Origin: Moraxella nasovis | GTDB lineage: Bacteria > Pseudomonadota > Gammaproteobacteria > Pseudomonadales > Moraxellaceae | DNA: 32,000 nt | Assembly: GCF_022701215.1 (NCBI RefSeq) | Contig: NZ_CP089976.1 | Span: forward strand, 570,001-602,000 | Direction of reading: 5' to 3' | Shown: one piece after another, positions 8,778 through 19,578 of the stretch | How the letters are laid out: each line of letters begins with the position of its first letter | How positions within the stretch are numbered: position 1 is the stretch's first letter | Notes under the pieces: model-generated | Databases searched by the model: none | Told to the model about the DNA's origin: nothing | The model's input: the letters and a program-made list of their open reading frames with translations, nothing else | Made by a program: the position numbers and the translations under genes

Positions 8778-9511
8778 CAAAACTTTGGCTTGATCTTGGC
8801 AATACTCGCCTAAAATACTGGCTAAGCGAAAATGGCATCATCAAAAACCACGACGCCCAATTACACTTGCAGGCACCTGCCGAGCTTTTGATGGGGTTGT
8901 CAGATACGTTCATCCGCCTACAACCGACGTTTATCGGTATATCATCTGTTTTAGGCGATAAGATTAATGCCAAAGTACTGGCGACGCTTGACATCATGGG
9001 TATTCGTTATGAATTTGCCAAAGTGCATCAAAGCCACCCACTCATTCAAAGCCATTACCACCCAGATCAGCTTGGTGTGGATCGCTGGCTACAGATGCTT
9101 GGGGTTGTAGATTGCTCAAAGCACCAATGTATTATCGGCTGTGGCACTGCTATGACGATTGATATTATTGAAAAAGGCGTACATCTGGGCGGATACATTT
9201 TCCCTAACGCCCGCCTACAACGAGAATCACTATTTGTAGGTACAAAACAAATTGGACAGTTTAGCCATATGGATAGCTATGGCGGTGTCCAGCCTGCGAC
9301 ACGGACGGTTGATGCGGTTAATCACGGCATTTTATTATCAATTATTGGAGCAATTCACGAAGTCATGACAAGCCACCCAAACCATGAATTTATCATGACA
9401 GGTGGCGATGCTCCACACATCGCACAGCATCTAAATAAAAAAGTAACTATTCGCCAAGACTTGGTGTTAGAAGGGTTGCAACGATACTTTAATCAAGCAG
9501 ACAGCCACTAA
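8774..9511 (+). CDS. coaX: Type III pantothenate kinase
   Basis: LDLGNTRLKY (ASKHA phosphate-1 motif), GVDRW, IIGCGTAMTID, MTGGDA. ATGA overlap with birA. The birA-coaX pairing is a common conserved arrangement. Confidence 0.9.
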   Translation: MTKLWLDLGNTRLKYWLSENGIIKNHDAQLHLQAPAELLMGLSDTFIRLQPTFIGISSVLGDKINAKVLATLDIMGIRYEFAKVHQSHPLIQSHYHPDQLGVDRWLQMLGVVDCSKHQCIIGCGTAMTIDIIEKGVHLGGYIFPNARLQRESLFVGTKQIGQFSHMDSYGGVQPATRTVDAVNHGILLSIIGAIHEVMTSHPNHEFIMTGGDAPHIAQHLNKKVTIRQDLVLEGLQRYFNQADSH

Positions 9512-9522
9512 TATGTAGGCAG

Positions 9523-9948
9523 TTACCTAATCATTACATAAGAAAAATAAAATAACTGACAGCATATCATAATCATCATCACCCAGACCGCCGAGCGTAG
9601 CAGCGCCAAGTTAAACGCATAACACACTGCATAAACAAACCGCAATACCACATAACAGCAAGCACAAAAGTTAATGATATTCTGGGGAACAAAGCAGTAC
9701 ATACCAAGTAATACTGCTGCTAAGAAGATGGGTAATCCTTCAAAACTGTTTTGTTGAGCGGCATTTAACCGAGCAGTCATTCCTGTTGCTTTGGCAAAAA
9801 ATTCACGAGGATTGGCATTGTCTGCACTCTTAAAATTCCCCGCCATCTTAGCAATTAAGGCAAATAGCAAAGGCTGCAGGCAAGCAATTGCCACCAAAAT
9901 GACGATGATTGATAGTTGATGAGGGAAGTTAGAAACAATCGCACTCAT
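9523..9948 (-). CDS. MAPEG-family membrane protein
   Basis: 141 aa with 4 hydrophobic helices. NPREF...RLNAAQQNSFEGLPIFLAAVL matches the MAPEG loop/helix motif. It starts 2 nt after the osmC stop, so the two are likely an operon. Confidence 0.7.
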   Translation of the reverse strand: MSAIVSNFPHQLSIIVILVAIACLQPLLFALIAKMAGNFKSADNANPREFFAKATGMTARLNAAQQNSFEGLPIFLAAVLLGMYCFVPQNIINFCACCYVVLRFVYAVCYAFNLALLRSAVWVMMIMICCQLFYFSYVMIR

Positions 9949-9950
9949 AA

Positions 9951-10370
9951 TTAGCCTTCAATAATCTTAAAATCATGTGTGATGTTAATGCCGCCTGCCG
10001 CCAACATTTTTGAGGCTGAACAGTACTTGGTTGCTGACAGTTCAATGGCTTTTGCCACTTGGCTTTCTTTGATATCTTTGCCCGTAACCACAAAATGTAA
10101 ATGAATATCTGTAAAGACTGCAGGGATAGCGTCTGCACGTTTTGCAAAAACTTCACAGCGAACATCGCTGATGGCTTGGCGAGCCTTTTGTAAAATACTT
10201 ACCACATCATAGCTTGCACAGCCACCCACACCCATTAGTAATAACTCCATCGGCTTAGCACCTAACTTCAGCTCAGAATCTAGTATTACACTATGCCCTG
10301 AGTCGTTTTTTGCTTCAAAGTTAATGGCGTCGTTTTTAAGCCAAGTCACAGTTGCGTTCATATCAGACAT
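9951..10370 (-). CDS. OsmC/Ohr-family peroxiredoxin-like protein
   Basis: 139 aa. PMELLLMGVGGCASYDVVSIL and ELSATKYCS carry the two conserved Cys of OsmC-family proteins. Confidence 0.85.
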   Translation of the reverse strand: MSDMNATVTWLKNDAINFEAKNDSGHSVILDSELKLGAKPMELLLMGVGGCASYDVVSILQKARQAISDVRCEVFAKRADAIPAVFTDIHLHFVVTGKDIKESQVAKAIELSATKYCSASKMLAAGGINITHDFKIIEG

Positions 10371-10687
10371 GATTTTTTCCTTATAAAATAAGAGCGTATT
10401 GATAATTCATCACATAAATGGTGGTAAATTAACGTGTATTGATAATTTATTTTTAATTAAAAATATCTACTTTTGGGTGAAAAACAGTTAAACTTACCAT
10501 TTTTGGTCAAAGTTTTTATGTTCATAAAAGCTTATGTGCAATGAGTATTTGATAAACCTTACTTAAAGCTAATTGCATTTATCTTAATTTTTTCAAATGA
10601 AATGTGGGCATAGCTTAATTTAATACAGTTTATCATATCAACCATTTTATCATAAAAATTGCCCAACAATGACAGACAACCCAAAAC

Positions 10688-10720
10688 AAAAACCGCCAAA
10701 TCATACGATTGGCGGTTTTT
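10688..10720 (-). terminator. Rho-independent terminator of metE. The hairpin is symmetric and could work in both directions.
   Basis: AAAAACCGCCAA (10688-10699), 9-nt loop, TTGGCGGTTTTT (10709-10720). It lies 11 nt downstream of the metE stop, and on the minus strand is followed by a U-run. Confidence 0.7.
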
Positions 10721-10731
10721 ATGGCGACTAA

Positions 10732-13053
10732 TTACTTGGTATACAGATCACGTACAACTTTCGTCATCTTAACCATGTTATCCAAAGCAGAGATAGTCTC
10801 TTCCCAGTTACGAGTTTTTAGACCACAATCTGGATTTACCCATAGACGCTCAACAGGAATGTATTTGGCTGCTTCATCAATCACCACCTGCATATTCTCA
10901 GCACTTGGGGTGCGTGGCGAGTGAATGTCGTACACACCAGGCCCGATTGCGTTATGGTAGCCTTCGCCTTTAAAGGCGTCTAGTAGCTGCAAGCCAGAGC
11001 GAGAAGTTTCAATGGTAATTACGTCCGCATCCATCGCACTGATATGCTCTAAGCAGTCATGGAAGCTTGAATAACACATGTGCGTATGAATCTGAGTATC
11101 TTCATTAGCGATGCTGCACGAATGCTTAAATGTCGCCACCGCTTCATCCCAATAGTGAGCTTGATCGGCTTGTTTTAGTGGCAGACCTTCACGGAATGCA
11201 GGCTCGTCAATCTGGATAATTCCAATACCAGCGTCTTGCAGATCACGCACTTCTTCGTTAATCGCATCGGCAATTTGTAGGCGAAGAATATCACGAGTCG
11301 CTGTATCACTTGGTGCAAATGACCAGTTTAAAATAGTCACAGGACCAGTTAACATACCTTTCATCGGCTTATCAGTCAAGCCTTGGGCATACACTGTCCA
11401 ATCCACAGTCATCGCATTTGGACGGCTAATGTCGCCTACTACGATTGGTGGACGTACACAGCGGGTGCCATAGCTTTGTACCCAGCCGTTTGACGCAAGC
11501 CAAAAACCTTTCATGTACTTGGCAAAGTACTCAACCATGTCGGTACGTTCTGCTTCACCGTGAACGAAAACATCAATACCAAGCTTTTCTTGCTCATCGC
11601 ATGCTTTTTGGATTTCAGCTTTCATTGCATTTTCATAAGTTTCATCATTAATAACGCCTTTATTCCAGTCAGCACGTGCCTTACGGATTTCAGGAGTTTG
11701 TGGGAATGAACCGATGGTAGTTGTTGGGAATAGTGGCAAGTTAAAACGCTCTTGCTGCTTAGCGTAACGATCTTTAAACACGCCTGTACGAGTTTTTGCA
11801 CTGTCAGCTAACGGTGTTAGGTCAATCTTAGTAGCGTTCTTATCCGCTTTAGCATCGCCTGTGGCAAGCTTAGCACATAGTGTAACTTCAGCAAGCTTTT
11901 GTTTAGCAAAAGCAAGTTTACCATTTAGCTCACTTGGTACGTTTTCATGGCTTAGGTCAACTGGTAAATGCAATAATGAAGAGCCGCTACCTACCCATAG
12001 ACGCTCGCCTAGACGTTCATAAGCACCGCCTAAAATTTCGCTGGCTTGTACTTGGTCAGTCGTCCATACGCTACGGCCATCAACCACGCCTATAGATAGC
12101 ACTTTATGCGTTGGTAAGTGATCGATAACTTGGGTAACGTACTGTTTTGGTGACTTAGCACGTGTGATGTCGATATGAATGCCACTTACTGGCAAGTTAC
12201 AAGCCACGTTGCAGTTATTGCCTAGCGTATCAAAGTAGCTTGCTACGATAAGTTTTGGTGGAGTGCGTTGTAAGCCGTTATATGCACGTTCAAAGGCTTG
12301 TTGCCATTCGCTAGATAGGTCAAGCGATAAAATCGGCTCGTCAATCTGAACCCATTCCACGCCACGCTCACCAAGCTGTGCTAGTAGGTCTGCATAGACA
12401 GGCAGCAGCTTGTCAAGCAATGCGATTTTAGTAGCGTCATCGCCTGCCGCATCTTCATTGTGCGTTGTGCCACAGCCACAGCAACTGCCGTTTTGGCTAG
12501 CGGCTTTTAGGCTTGATAGATAAAGGAAAGTCAAAGGACCAACCAAAACCACTTTTAGGGCTTTTTCTACACCATTTTTAGCGATGATTGCTTTGGCGTC
12601 ATCTACTTGCTTGAACACTTGAGTAAAGTCAGTGTTTTTAAACTCTTGATCAGCGGTTAGTTCTGGCACTAGATAGTGATAGTTGGTATCAAACCATTTG
12701 GTCATTTGCCAAGCTGGCGTATCTTCAAACTGATTGGTGCAATCACGACCACGAGCAAAATAAAACTGGCGATCAAAAGTGTCTAGACTTTCACTGCCTG
12801 CAAAACGCTTTGGCACAACGCCAAAAGATACCGCTTGGGTTAGCACAAGATCATAGTGTGCAAAATCACCTGTTGTGATGATTGATAGATCTGCGTCGAT
12901 TTGGTTTTGGATATTGGTATCAAAAACCGCTTGCAATGCAGCTAAAGTTTCATCTTTAGTGGCTTTACCTTTCCAGTATTTTTCAAGGGCAAATTTAGTT
13001 TGACGCTTATCGCCAATACGTGGATAACCTAGAATATGAGATTGTACAGTCAT
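10732..13053 (-). CDS. metE: Cobalamin-independent methionine synthase (5-methyltetrahydropteroyltriglutamate-homocysteine S-methyltransferase)
   Basis: Full-length two-domain MetE. Conserved blocks: TTTIGSFPQTPEIR, GEAERTDMVEYF, GWVQSYGTRCVRPPI, IQIDEPAFREGLPL, THMCYS, ITIETSRS, VNPDCGLKTR. Confidence 0.95.
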   Translation of the reverse strand: MTVQSHILGYPRIGDKRQTKFALEKYWKGKATKDETLAALQAVFDTNIQNQIDADLSIITTGDFAHYDLVLTQAVSFGVVPKRFAGSESLDTFDRQFYFARGRDCTNQFEDTPAWQMTKWFDTNYHYLVPELTADQEFKNTDFTQVFKQVDDAKAIIAKNGVEKALKVVLVGPLTFLYLSSLKAASQNGSCCGCGTTHNEDAAGDDATKIALLDKLLPVYADLLAQLGERGVEWVQIDEPILSLDLSSEWQQAFERAYNGLQRTPPKLIVASYFDTLGNNCNVACNLPVSGIHIDITRAKSPKQYVTQVIDHLPTHKVLSIGVVDGRSVWTTDQVQASEILGGAYERLGERLWVGSGSSLLHLPVDLSHENVPSELNGKLAFAKQKLAEVTLCAKLATGDAKADKNATKIDLTPLADSAKTRTGVFKDRYAKQQERFNLPLFPTTTIGSFPQTPEIRKARADWNKGVINDETYENAMKAEIQKACDEQEKLGIDVFVHGEAERTDMVEYFAKYMKGFWLASNGWVQSYGTRCVRPPIVVGDISRPNAMTVDWTVYAQGLTDKPMKGMLTGPVTILNWSFAPSDTATRDILRLQIADAINEEVRDLQDAGIGIIQIDEPAFREGLPLKQADQAHYWDEAVATFKHSCSIANEDTQIHTHMCYSSFHDCLEHISAMDADVITIETSRSGLQLLDAFKGEGYHNAIGPGVYDIHSPRTPSAENMQVVIDEAAKYIPVERLWVNPDCGLKTRNWEETISALDNMVKMTKVVRDLYTK

Positions 13054-13171
13054 GTTATCTACCTTATTTATGGGTTGAAAGTTACAAATATTGTCATAAA
13101 TGATGAAAGTTCATCAAAACCAATATTGATGGCGTGTATATTAACACAGCTTAATGATGAATAAAAATCAA

Positions 13172-13200
13172 GTTTTTCATTTTAAAATGAAAAATTTTTC
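13172..13200. promoter_or_regulatory. Overlapping perfect palindromes in the metE-metR divergent region. Candidate MetR (LysR-type) operator.
   Basis: TTTTTCATTTTAAAATGAAAAA (13172-13193) is a 22-bp perfect palindrome. It overlaps TGAAAAATTTTTCA (13187-13200), a 14-bp perfect palindrome of form TGAA-N6-TTCA. The E. coli MetR consensus is TGAA-N5-TTCA. Confidence 0.4.
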
Positions 13201-13205
13201 ATTTA

Positions 13206-13232
13206 ATGGCATTTATGCTATAATCATGCCAT
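13206..13232 (+). promoter_or_regulatory. Candidate metR promoter: an extended -10 element bracketed by a 7-bp inverted repeat
   Basis: TGCTATAAT (13216-13224) fits the extended -10 consensus TGnTATAAT. It is flanked by ATGGCAT (13206-13212) and ATGCCAT (13226-13232), and lies ~43 nt upstream of the metR ATG. Confidence 0.4.
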
Positions 13233-13266
13233 CTTTTTTTTATGATACCACCAAAGACTGTATCCC

Positions 13267-14160
13267 ATGCTTGAACTTCGTCACTTACTGATGCTTCAGA
13301 CCTTATCACGCTTAGGTTCGCTTGCCACTACTGCCGATGAGCTAAACTTAACAGCTTCTGCCATCAGCCATCAGCTCAAAGAGCTTGAAAATCATTACGA
13401 CATTACGCTTGTCAATCGTCGCACTCGGCCCGTTACTTTCACGCCTGCAGGCGAGCTTGTATTGCAGCTTGCTGATAACATTCTACCTTTAGTAGCTCGC
13501 ACCAAGGCAGACATCCGACGGCTGGCACACGGTCAAGCAGGACGGCTTAGATTGGCAAGTGAATGCCACAGCTGCTTTGATTGGCTTATGCCAATTTTAA
13601 ATGCCTATCGCAAAGCCTACAGCGATGTGGAGCTTGATTTTAGCACAGGCTTTGAACCAGATCCGCACCAAATGCTGATTGATGGCGATATTGATCTACT
13701 AATTACCGCAAGCAATATCCCAATAAATGGCGTGCATTATCTACCCTTATTCACCTATGAAAGTAGGCTTGTTGTATCGCCTGCACACGCCTTAGCAGCT
13801 CAAAGCATCATCACGCCTAAAGACCTTGAAAACCAAACACTTATCGCCTATCCTGTGGAGCAAAAACGACTTGACATCATCGCAAAATTCTTAGAGCCTG
13901 CAAACATTACCCCAAAAAGCATCCGCACAACAGAGCTTACCGCCATGCTCATTCAGCTTGTTGCAAGCGATCGTGGCGTGGCAGCCCTACCTGACTGGGT
14001 GGCAAAAGAATATGAAAAAAAAGGCTGGATCGTCTCTCGCACCTTAGGTGCTGGCGTACACTGTCAGCTGTATGCCGCTGTTCGTAAAAGCAGCTTGAAT
14101 ATAGCATATGTTCAAGGATTTTTAAGTCTATTAGATGGCATTACCAAGCCTGACTTTTAA
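13267..14160 (+). CDS. metR: LysR-family transcriptional activator MetR
   Basis: N-terminal wHTH (LQTLSRLGSLATTADELNLTASAISHQLKELE). MetR-specific ECHSC motif (RLASECHSCFDWLMP). The protein appears collinear with E. coli MetR as I recall it, and is divergent from metE. Confidence 0.85.
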   Translation: MLELRHLLMLQTLSRLGSLATTADELNLTASAISHQLKELENHYDITLVNRRTRPVTFTPAGELVLQLADNILPLVARTKADIRRLAHGQAGRLRLASECHSCFDWLMPILNAYRKAYSDVELDFSTGFEPDPHQMLIDGDIDLLITASNIPINGVHYLPLFTYESRLVVSPAHALAAQSIITPKDLENQTLIAYPVEQKRLDIIAKFLEPANITPKSIRTTELTAMLIQLVASDRGVAALPDWVAKEYEKKGWIVSRTLGAGVHCQLYAAVRKSSLNIAYVQGFLSLLDGITKPDF

Positions 14161-14236
14161 AATTGCTCAAGCAAATGATGTGAATTTCAAGTGGTGTGAA
14201 TTTTATGAAGTATTTTATAAAGTTCAATGAATAGTA

Positions 14237-14629
14237 TTACAGATGGATATAGGTGCGAGCCACCATAAATCCCAATGCCACTGCCAGTAGTGTAAGAGCC
14301 ACATGTATCATGACTAAGCCTAAGCCATAAAGCCATTTGTGACTTAGTAGTAGCGAAAATACTTCTACGCTAAAGGTACTAAAAGTAGTCAATCCGCCCA
14401 ATAACCCTGTCATTATAAATACTTTAACAGTCTCAGATAGTTTTACGTCTTGTAAGACACCGAGCACCACGGCTGCCAATAGCCCACCTAGTACGTTTGA
14501 GATAAGCGTACCTAGTGGCAGCCATGTTATCGTATGCCGAAAGCAGCCATTTAATGTAGAAAGACAAAGCCTTAAGCAAGCCCCAAGACCTGCACCGATA
14601 AAGGCTGCGATGTACTGCTTAATCATCAT
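14237..14629 (-). CDS. crcB: Fluoride ion channel CrcB/FluC
   Basis: About 125-130 aa with 4 TM helices, GAGLGACLR near the N-terminus and GLLGGLTTFSTFS. The start is uncertain: the ORF opens at 14650, but that ATG sits inside the htpG-distal hairpin. MMIKQY at 14629/14626 gives a typical CrcB N-terminus. Confidence 0.85.
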   Translation of the reverse strand: MMIKQYIAAFIGAGLGACLRLCLSTLNGCFRHTITWLPLGTLISNVLGGLLAAVVLGVLQDVKLSETVKVFIMTGLLGGLTTFSTFSVEVFSLLLSHKWLYGLGLVMIHVALTLLAVALGFMVARTYIHL

Positions 14630-14643
14630 GTGGCAAATTAACT

Positions 14644-14680
14644 TTGCCATTCATATCAGGTAGTGTGACATGAATGGCAA
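14644..14680 (-). terminator. 11-bp perfect hairpin between htpG and crcB. Possible weak terminator or attenuator.
   Basis: TTGCCATTCAT (14644-14654) pairs with ATGAATGGCAA (14670-14680) around a 15-nt loop. It starts 18 nt after the htpG stop. The downstream U-tract is poor (AGUUAAUUU). Confidence 0.4.
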
Positions 14681-14698
14681 GCATTTAACAGTAGGTGT

Positions 14699-16630
14699 CT
14701 ATTTTAGCAGTAGTGCGTTGACACGCTTTAAGTACCCTGCAGGATCTTCAAGCTGTCCACCATCTGCCAATACCGCCTGATCAAACACCACCTGAGCTAA
14801 ATCATCAAATTGCTCAGAAGTTTCTAGTTTTTGAATCAAGGGGTGATTAGGATTTATTTCCAAAATCGGCTTCACATCAGGGACTGCTTGACCCATTGCT
14901 TTTAGCATTTGAGCCATTTGTGGTGTAAGCTCACCATCACCCACCACAAGACACGCAGGACTATCCACCAAACGATTTGACACCTTCACATCTTTGGCTT
15001 TTTTACTTAGGGTGTCTTTTAGCTTATCAATCACAGGCTTTAGATTCTCTTGTGCTTGCTTTGCCTCTTGTTTTTCAGCTTCATCGGTTAAGTCGCCTAA
15101 ATCTACCGCACCTTTAGCAATGTTCTGTAATGGTGTGCCGTCAAACTCGGTCAAAAAGTTCATCGCCCATTCATCGACACGGCTTGTCATTAGTATAACT
15201 TCGATGCCTTTTTTATTAAACAGCTCAAGTTGCGGACTGTTTTTAGCGGCTGCTAAATTATCGGCTGTCAAATAATAAATCGCTTTTTGACCCTCTTTCA
15301 TGCGTGCTTTATAATCTGCAAAGCCTGTGGTTAAGCCATCTGTCGTGCTGGTGTGATAACGCAGTAGCTTGGCGATGCGTTCTTGATTAGACGGATCTTC
15401 ACCCAACCCCTCTTTAATGACGTCGCCAAATTCAGCATAAAACTGAGCAAATTTTTCTTGCTTATCGCCATCTTCAGAATTTGCCAAGCTTGCCAAAAGC
15501 GTTAAAATACGGCGAGCATTACCATCACGAATCGCCTTAACATCACGGCTTTCTTGTAGAATTTCACGGCTGACATTTAGTGGCAAATCAGCTGAATCAA
15601 TCACGCCTTTGACAAATCGTAAGTACATTGGTAAAAGCTGCTCAGCATCATCCATGATAAACACCCGCTTAACGTACAGCTTTAGACCACGTTGGTGTTC
15701 ACGAGCATATAAGTCAAATGGAGCGGTTTTTGGGATATACAATAGCTGGGTGTACTGCACACGCCCTTCTACACGGTTATGTGTATATGTCAGCGGCTCG
15801 TTAAAGTCATAACTCACTGTTTTATAAAATTCATGATACTCTTTTTCATCGATGTCGCTTGGGCTTCTTGTCCATAAAGCAGACGCCTTATTAATAGTTT
15901 CCCATTCATCGGTAGTGACGTACTGACCGCTTGGGGGAGTATCATCGCCATCTGCTTGCTCTTCTTGTTGCCAGACTTGCTTGTGCATCTGAATGGGTAA
16001 GCTAATGTGGTCTGAGTACTTATTAACCAGCGACTTAACTTTAGAGCGATCTAGGTAGTTTGTCTCACCTTCGCCTGAGAATTCGTCTTTTAGGTGAAGA
16101 ATAATGGTCGTGCCATGCTTTGGCTTATCCATGTGTTCGGTAGTGAATTTTCCTGTGCCGTCAGACACCCAGCGTACGCCTTTATCGCTTGGCTCGCCTG
16201 CTTTTCGTGTTTCAACCGTAATGCTGTCTGCGACAATAAAACCAGAATAAAAGCCCACGCCAAACTGACCGATAAGATTACCGTCTTTTTTATCGCTTTC
16301 AGATAGATTATCCAAAAACGCTTTTGTGCCAGATTTAGCAATCGTACCAAGATTTTCAATAACGTCTGACTCATTCATGCCGATGCCGTTATCGCTGATG
16401 GTAAGTGTCTTTGCTGCGTCGTCCATTTCAATCTTAATGGCAAGCTCGCTATCGCCTTCATATAAGCTATCATCGCCTGTCGCCAAAAAGCGTAATTTAT
16501 CACAAGCATCTGACGCATTCGACACAAGCTCACGCACAAAAATATCAGGGTTTGAGTACAAAGAATGCGTTACCAAGTGAAGCAAACGCTCTACTTCTGT
16601 CTCAAAATGATGAGTGGTTGGGTTACTCAT
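14699..16630 (-). CDS. htpG: Molecular chaperone HtpG (Hsp90)
   Basis: FETEVERLLHLVTHSLYSNPDIFVRELVSNASDA, ISDNGIGM, IGQFGVGFYS, LNVSREILQ. Full length, 643 aa. Confidence 0.95.
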   Translation of the reverse strand: MSNPTTHHFETEVERLLHLVTHSLYSNPDIFVRELVSNASDACDKLRFLATGDDSLYEGDSELAIKIEMDDAAKTLTISDNGIGMNESDVIENLGTIAKSGTKAFLDNLSESDKKDGNLIGQFGVGFYSGFIVADSITVETRKAGEPSDKGVRWVSDGTGKFTTEHMDKPKHGTTIILHLKDEFSGEGETNYLDRSKVKSLVNKYSDHISLPIQMHKQVWQQEEQADGDDTPPSGQYVTTDEWETINKASALWTRSPSDIDEKEYHEFYKTVSYDFNEPLTYTHNRVEGRVQYTQLLYIPKTAPFDLYAREHQRGLKLYVKRVFIMDDAEQLLPMYLRFVKGVIDSADLPLNVSREILQESRDVKAIRDGNARRILTLLASLANSEDGDKQEKFAQFYAEFGDVIKEGLGEDPSNQERIAKLLRYHTSTTDGLTTGFADYKARMKEGQKAIYYLTADNLAAAKNSPQLELFNKKGIEVILMTSRVDEWAMNFLTEFDGTPLQNIAKGAVDLGDLTDEAEKQEAKQAQENLKPVIDKLKDTLSKKAKDVKVSNRLVDSPACLVVGDGELTPQMAQMLKAMGQAVPDVKPILEINPNHPLIQKLETSEQFDDLAQVVFDQAVLADGGQLEDPAGYLKRVNALLLK

Positions 16631-16664
16631 AGATATTCTCCGTTTATTAAATTTATGAAAGATA

Positions 16665-16692
16665 ATTTATGGTTATTGCTAAATTTTTCAAG
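16665..16692 (-). promoter_or_regulatory. Candidate sigma-32 heat-shock promoter of htpG
   Basis: The minus strand reads CTTGAAA (16692-16686), a 13-nt spacer, then CCATAAAT (16672-16665). The E. coli sigma-32 consensus is CTTGAAA-N13-15-CCCCATnT. The -10 element ends ~34 nt upstream of the htpG ATG. Confidence 0.5.
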
Positions 16693-17198
16693 TTTTAGCA
16701 AGATTAATTTAACGCCCGCTTATTGGCATAATTTTTAACAACACTTTTGCCCTTAGGTATTCACACATATTTTGATAAGCTAAAAGATGTGTTATTTTGC
16801 GGTATTAGCAAATAGATATTGAGCAAATAAGTGCCTATCGGTTAGTGCTTGACATCAAATGACATCAATTTGTGCCATAGCTACGCTCAAATGATAAAAT
16901 CATATTCATCTATCCTAAACAATAAAAGAAAATATGAACACCAAATCAAGCTATACTTGCCATCATCTGCATGACCTATTTAACTCAATCGCATCAGAAT
17001 GCTTATAAATCATGTACATAAATGGTACTATTTTTTAAATAAATGATTAAACAACGGCCATCATTGAAAATGAATGGTTTTTCATCCATTAAAAGTGTTA
17101 AAATAACAAGTGCTAACTAATGGACTAAAGCAAATGCCCGCATGATGAATGACCGCTTTGCACTTAATGTTCAAAGCAAATTCACCACCATTTCTTAA

Positions 17199-19439
<2,241 letters not shown>

Positions 19440-19456
19440 CCTACCCCAATAAGACA

Positions 19457-19488
19457 ATCACCGCCAATAAGTGGCGGTGATTTTTTTA
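19457..19488 (+). terminator. Rho-independent terminator of icd
   Basis: ATCACCGCC (19457-19465), 7-nt loop, GGCGGTGAT (19473-19481), followed by a T7 run. Confidence 0.75.
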
Positions 19489-19530
19489 TGGGTGCGAATT
19501 TAGATTGGCAATTTTATAAACAAAACGACC

Positions 19531-19556
19531 GTGTAGGCTTAGTGTATGCCTAACAC
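19531..19556 (-). terminator. Possible hemH terminator hairpin (weak)
   Basis: GTGTAGGC (19531-19538) pairs with GCCTAACAC (19548-19556) with one bulge. On the minus strand it is followed by GGUCGUUUUGUUU. Confidence 0.35.
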
Positions 19557-19578
19557 CTATTACTTAAGACGATTTTTT

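Noticed and set aside
13054-13266. Cobalamin (B12) riboswitch in the metE leader
   Set aside because: The region is shared with the divergent metR promoter and is very AT-rich. It lacks a B12-box-like GC-rich core, and too little sequence is available for a ~200-nt aptamer plus expression platform.
14015-14022. A8 homopolymer inside metR (and T8 runs at 13234-13243 and 19573-19580) as possible phase-variation tracts
   Set aside because: Short A/T runs of this length are expected in an AT-rich genome. metR is a core regulator, and no longer simple-sequence repeats (tetranucleotide or pentanucleotide) occur anywhere in the window.
14651-14698. Fluoride riboswitch upstream of crcB
   Set aside because: The spacer is under ~50 nt and consists of a simple AT-rich hairpin. 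None of the conserved fluoride-riboswitch core sequence or pseudoknot is visible. Only an Infernal scan could formally exclude it.
16934-17008. Mini-ORFs in the htpG-icd intergenic region, for example the 24-codon ATG at 16934 (MNTKSSYTCHHLHDLFNSIASECL) and a 16-codon ORF at 17070
   Set aside because: There is no Shine-Dalgarno sequence and no recognisable leader-peptide logic, and at this AT content such ORFs arise by chance. They are kept only as part of the general note on the long intergenic region.
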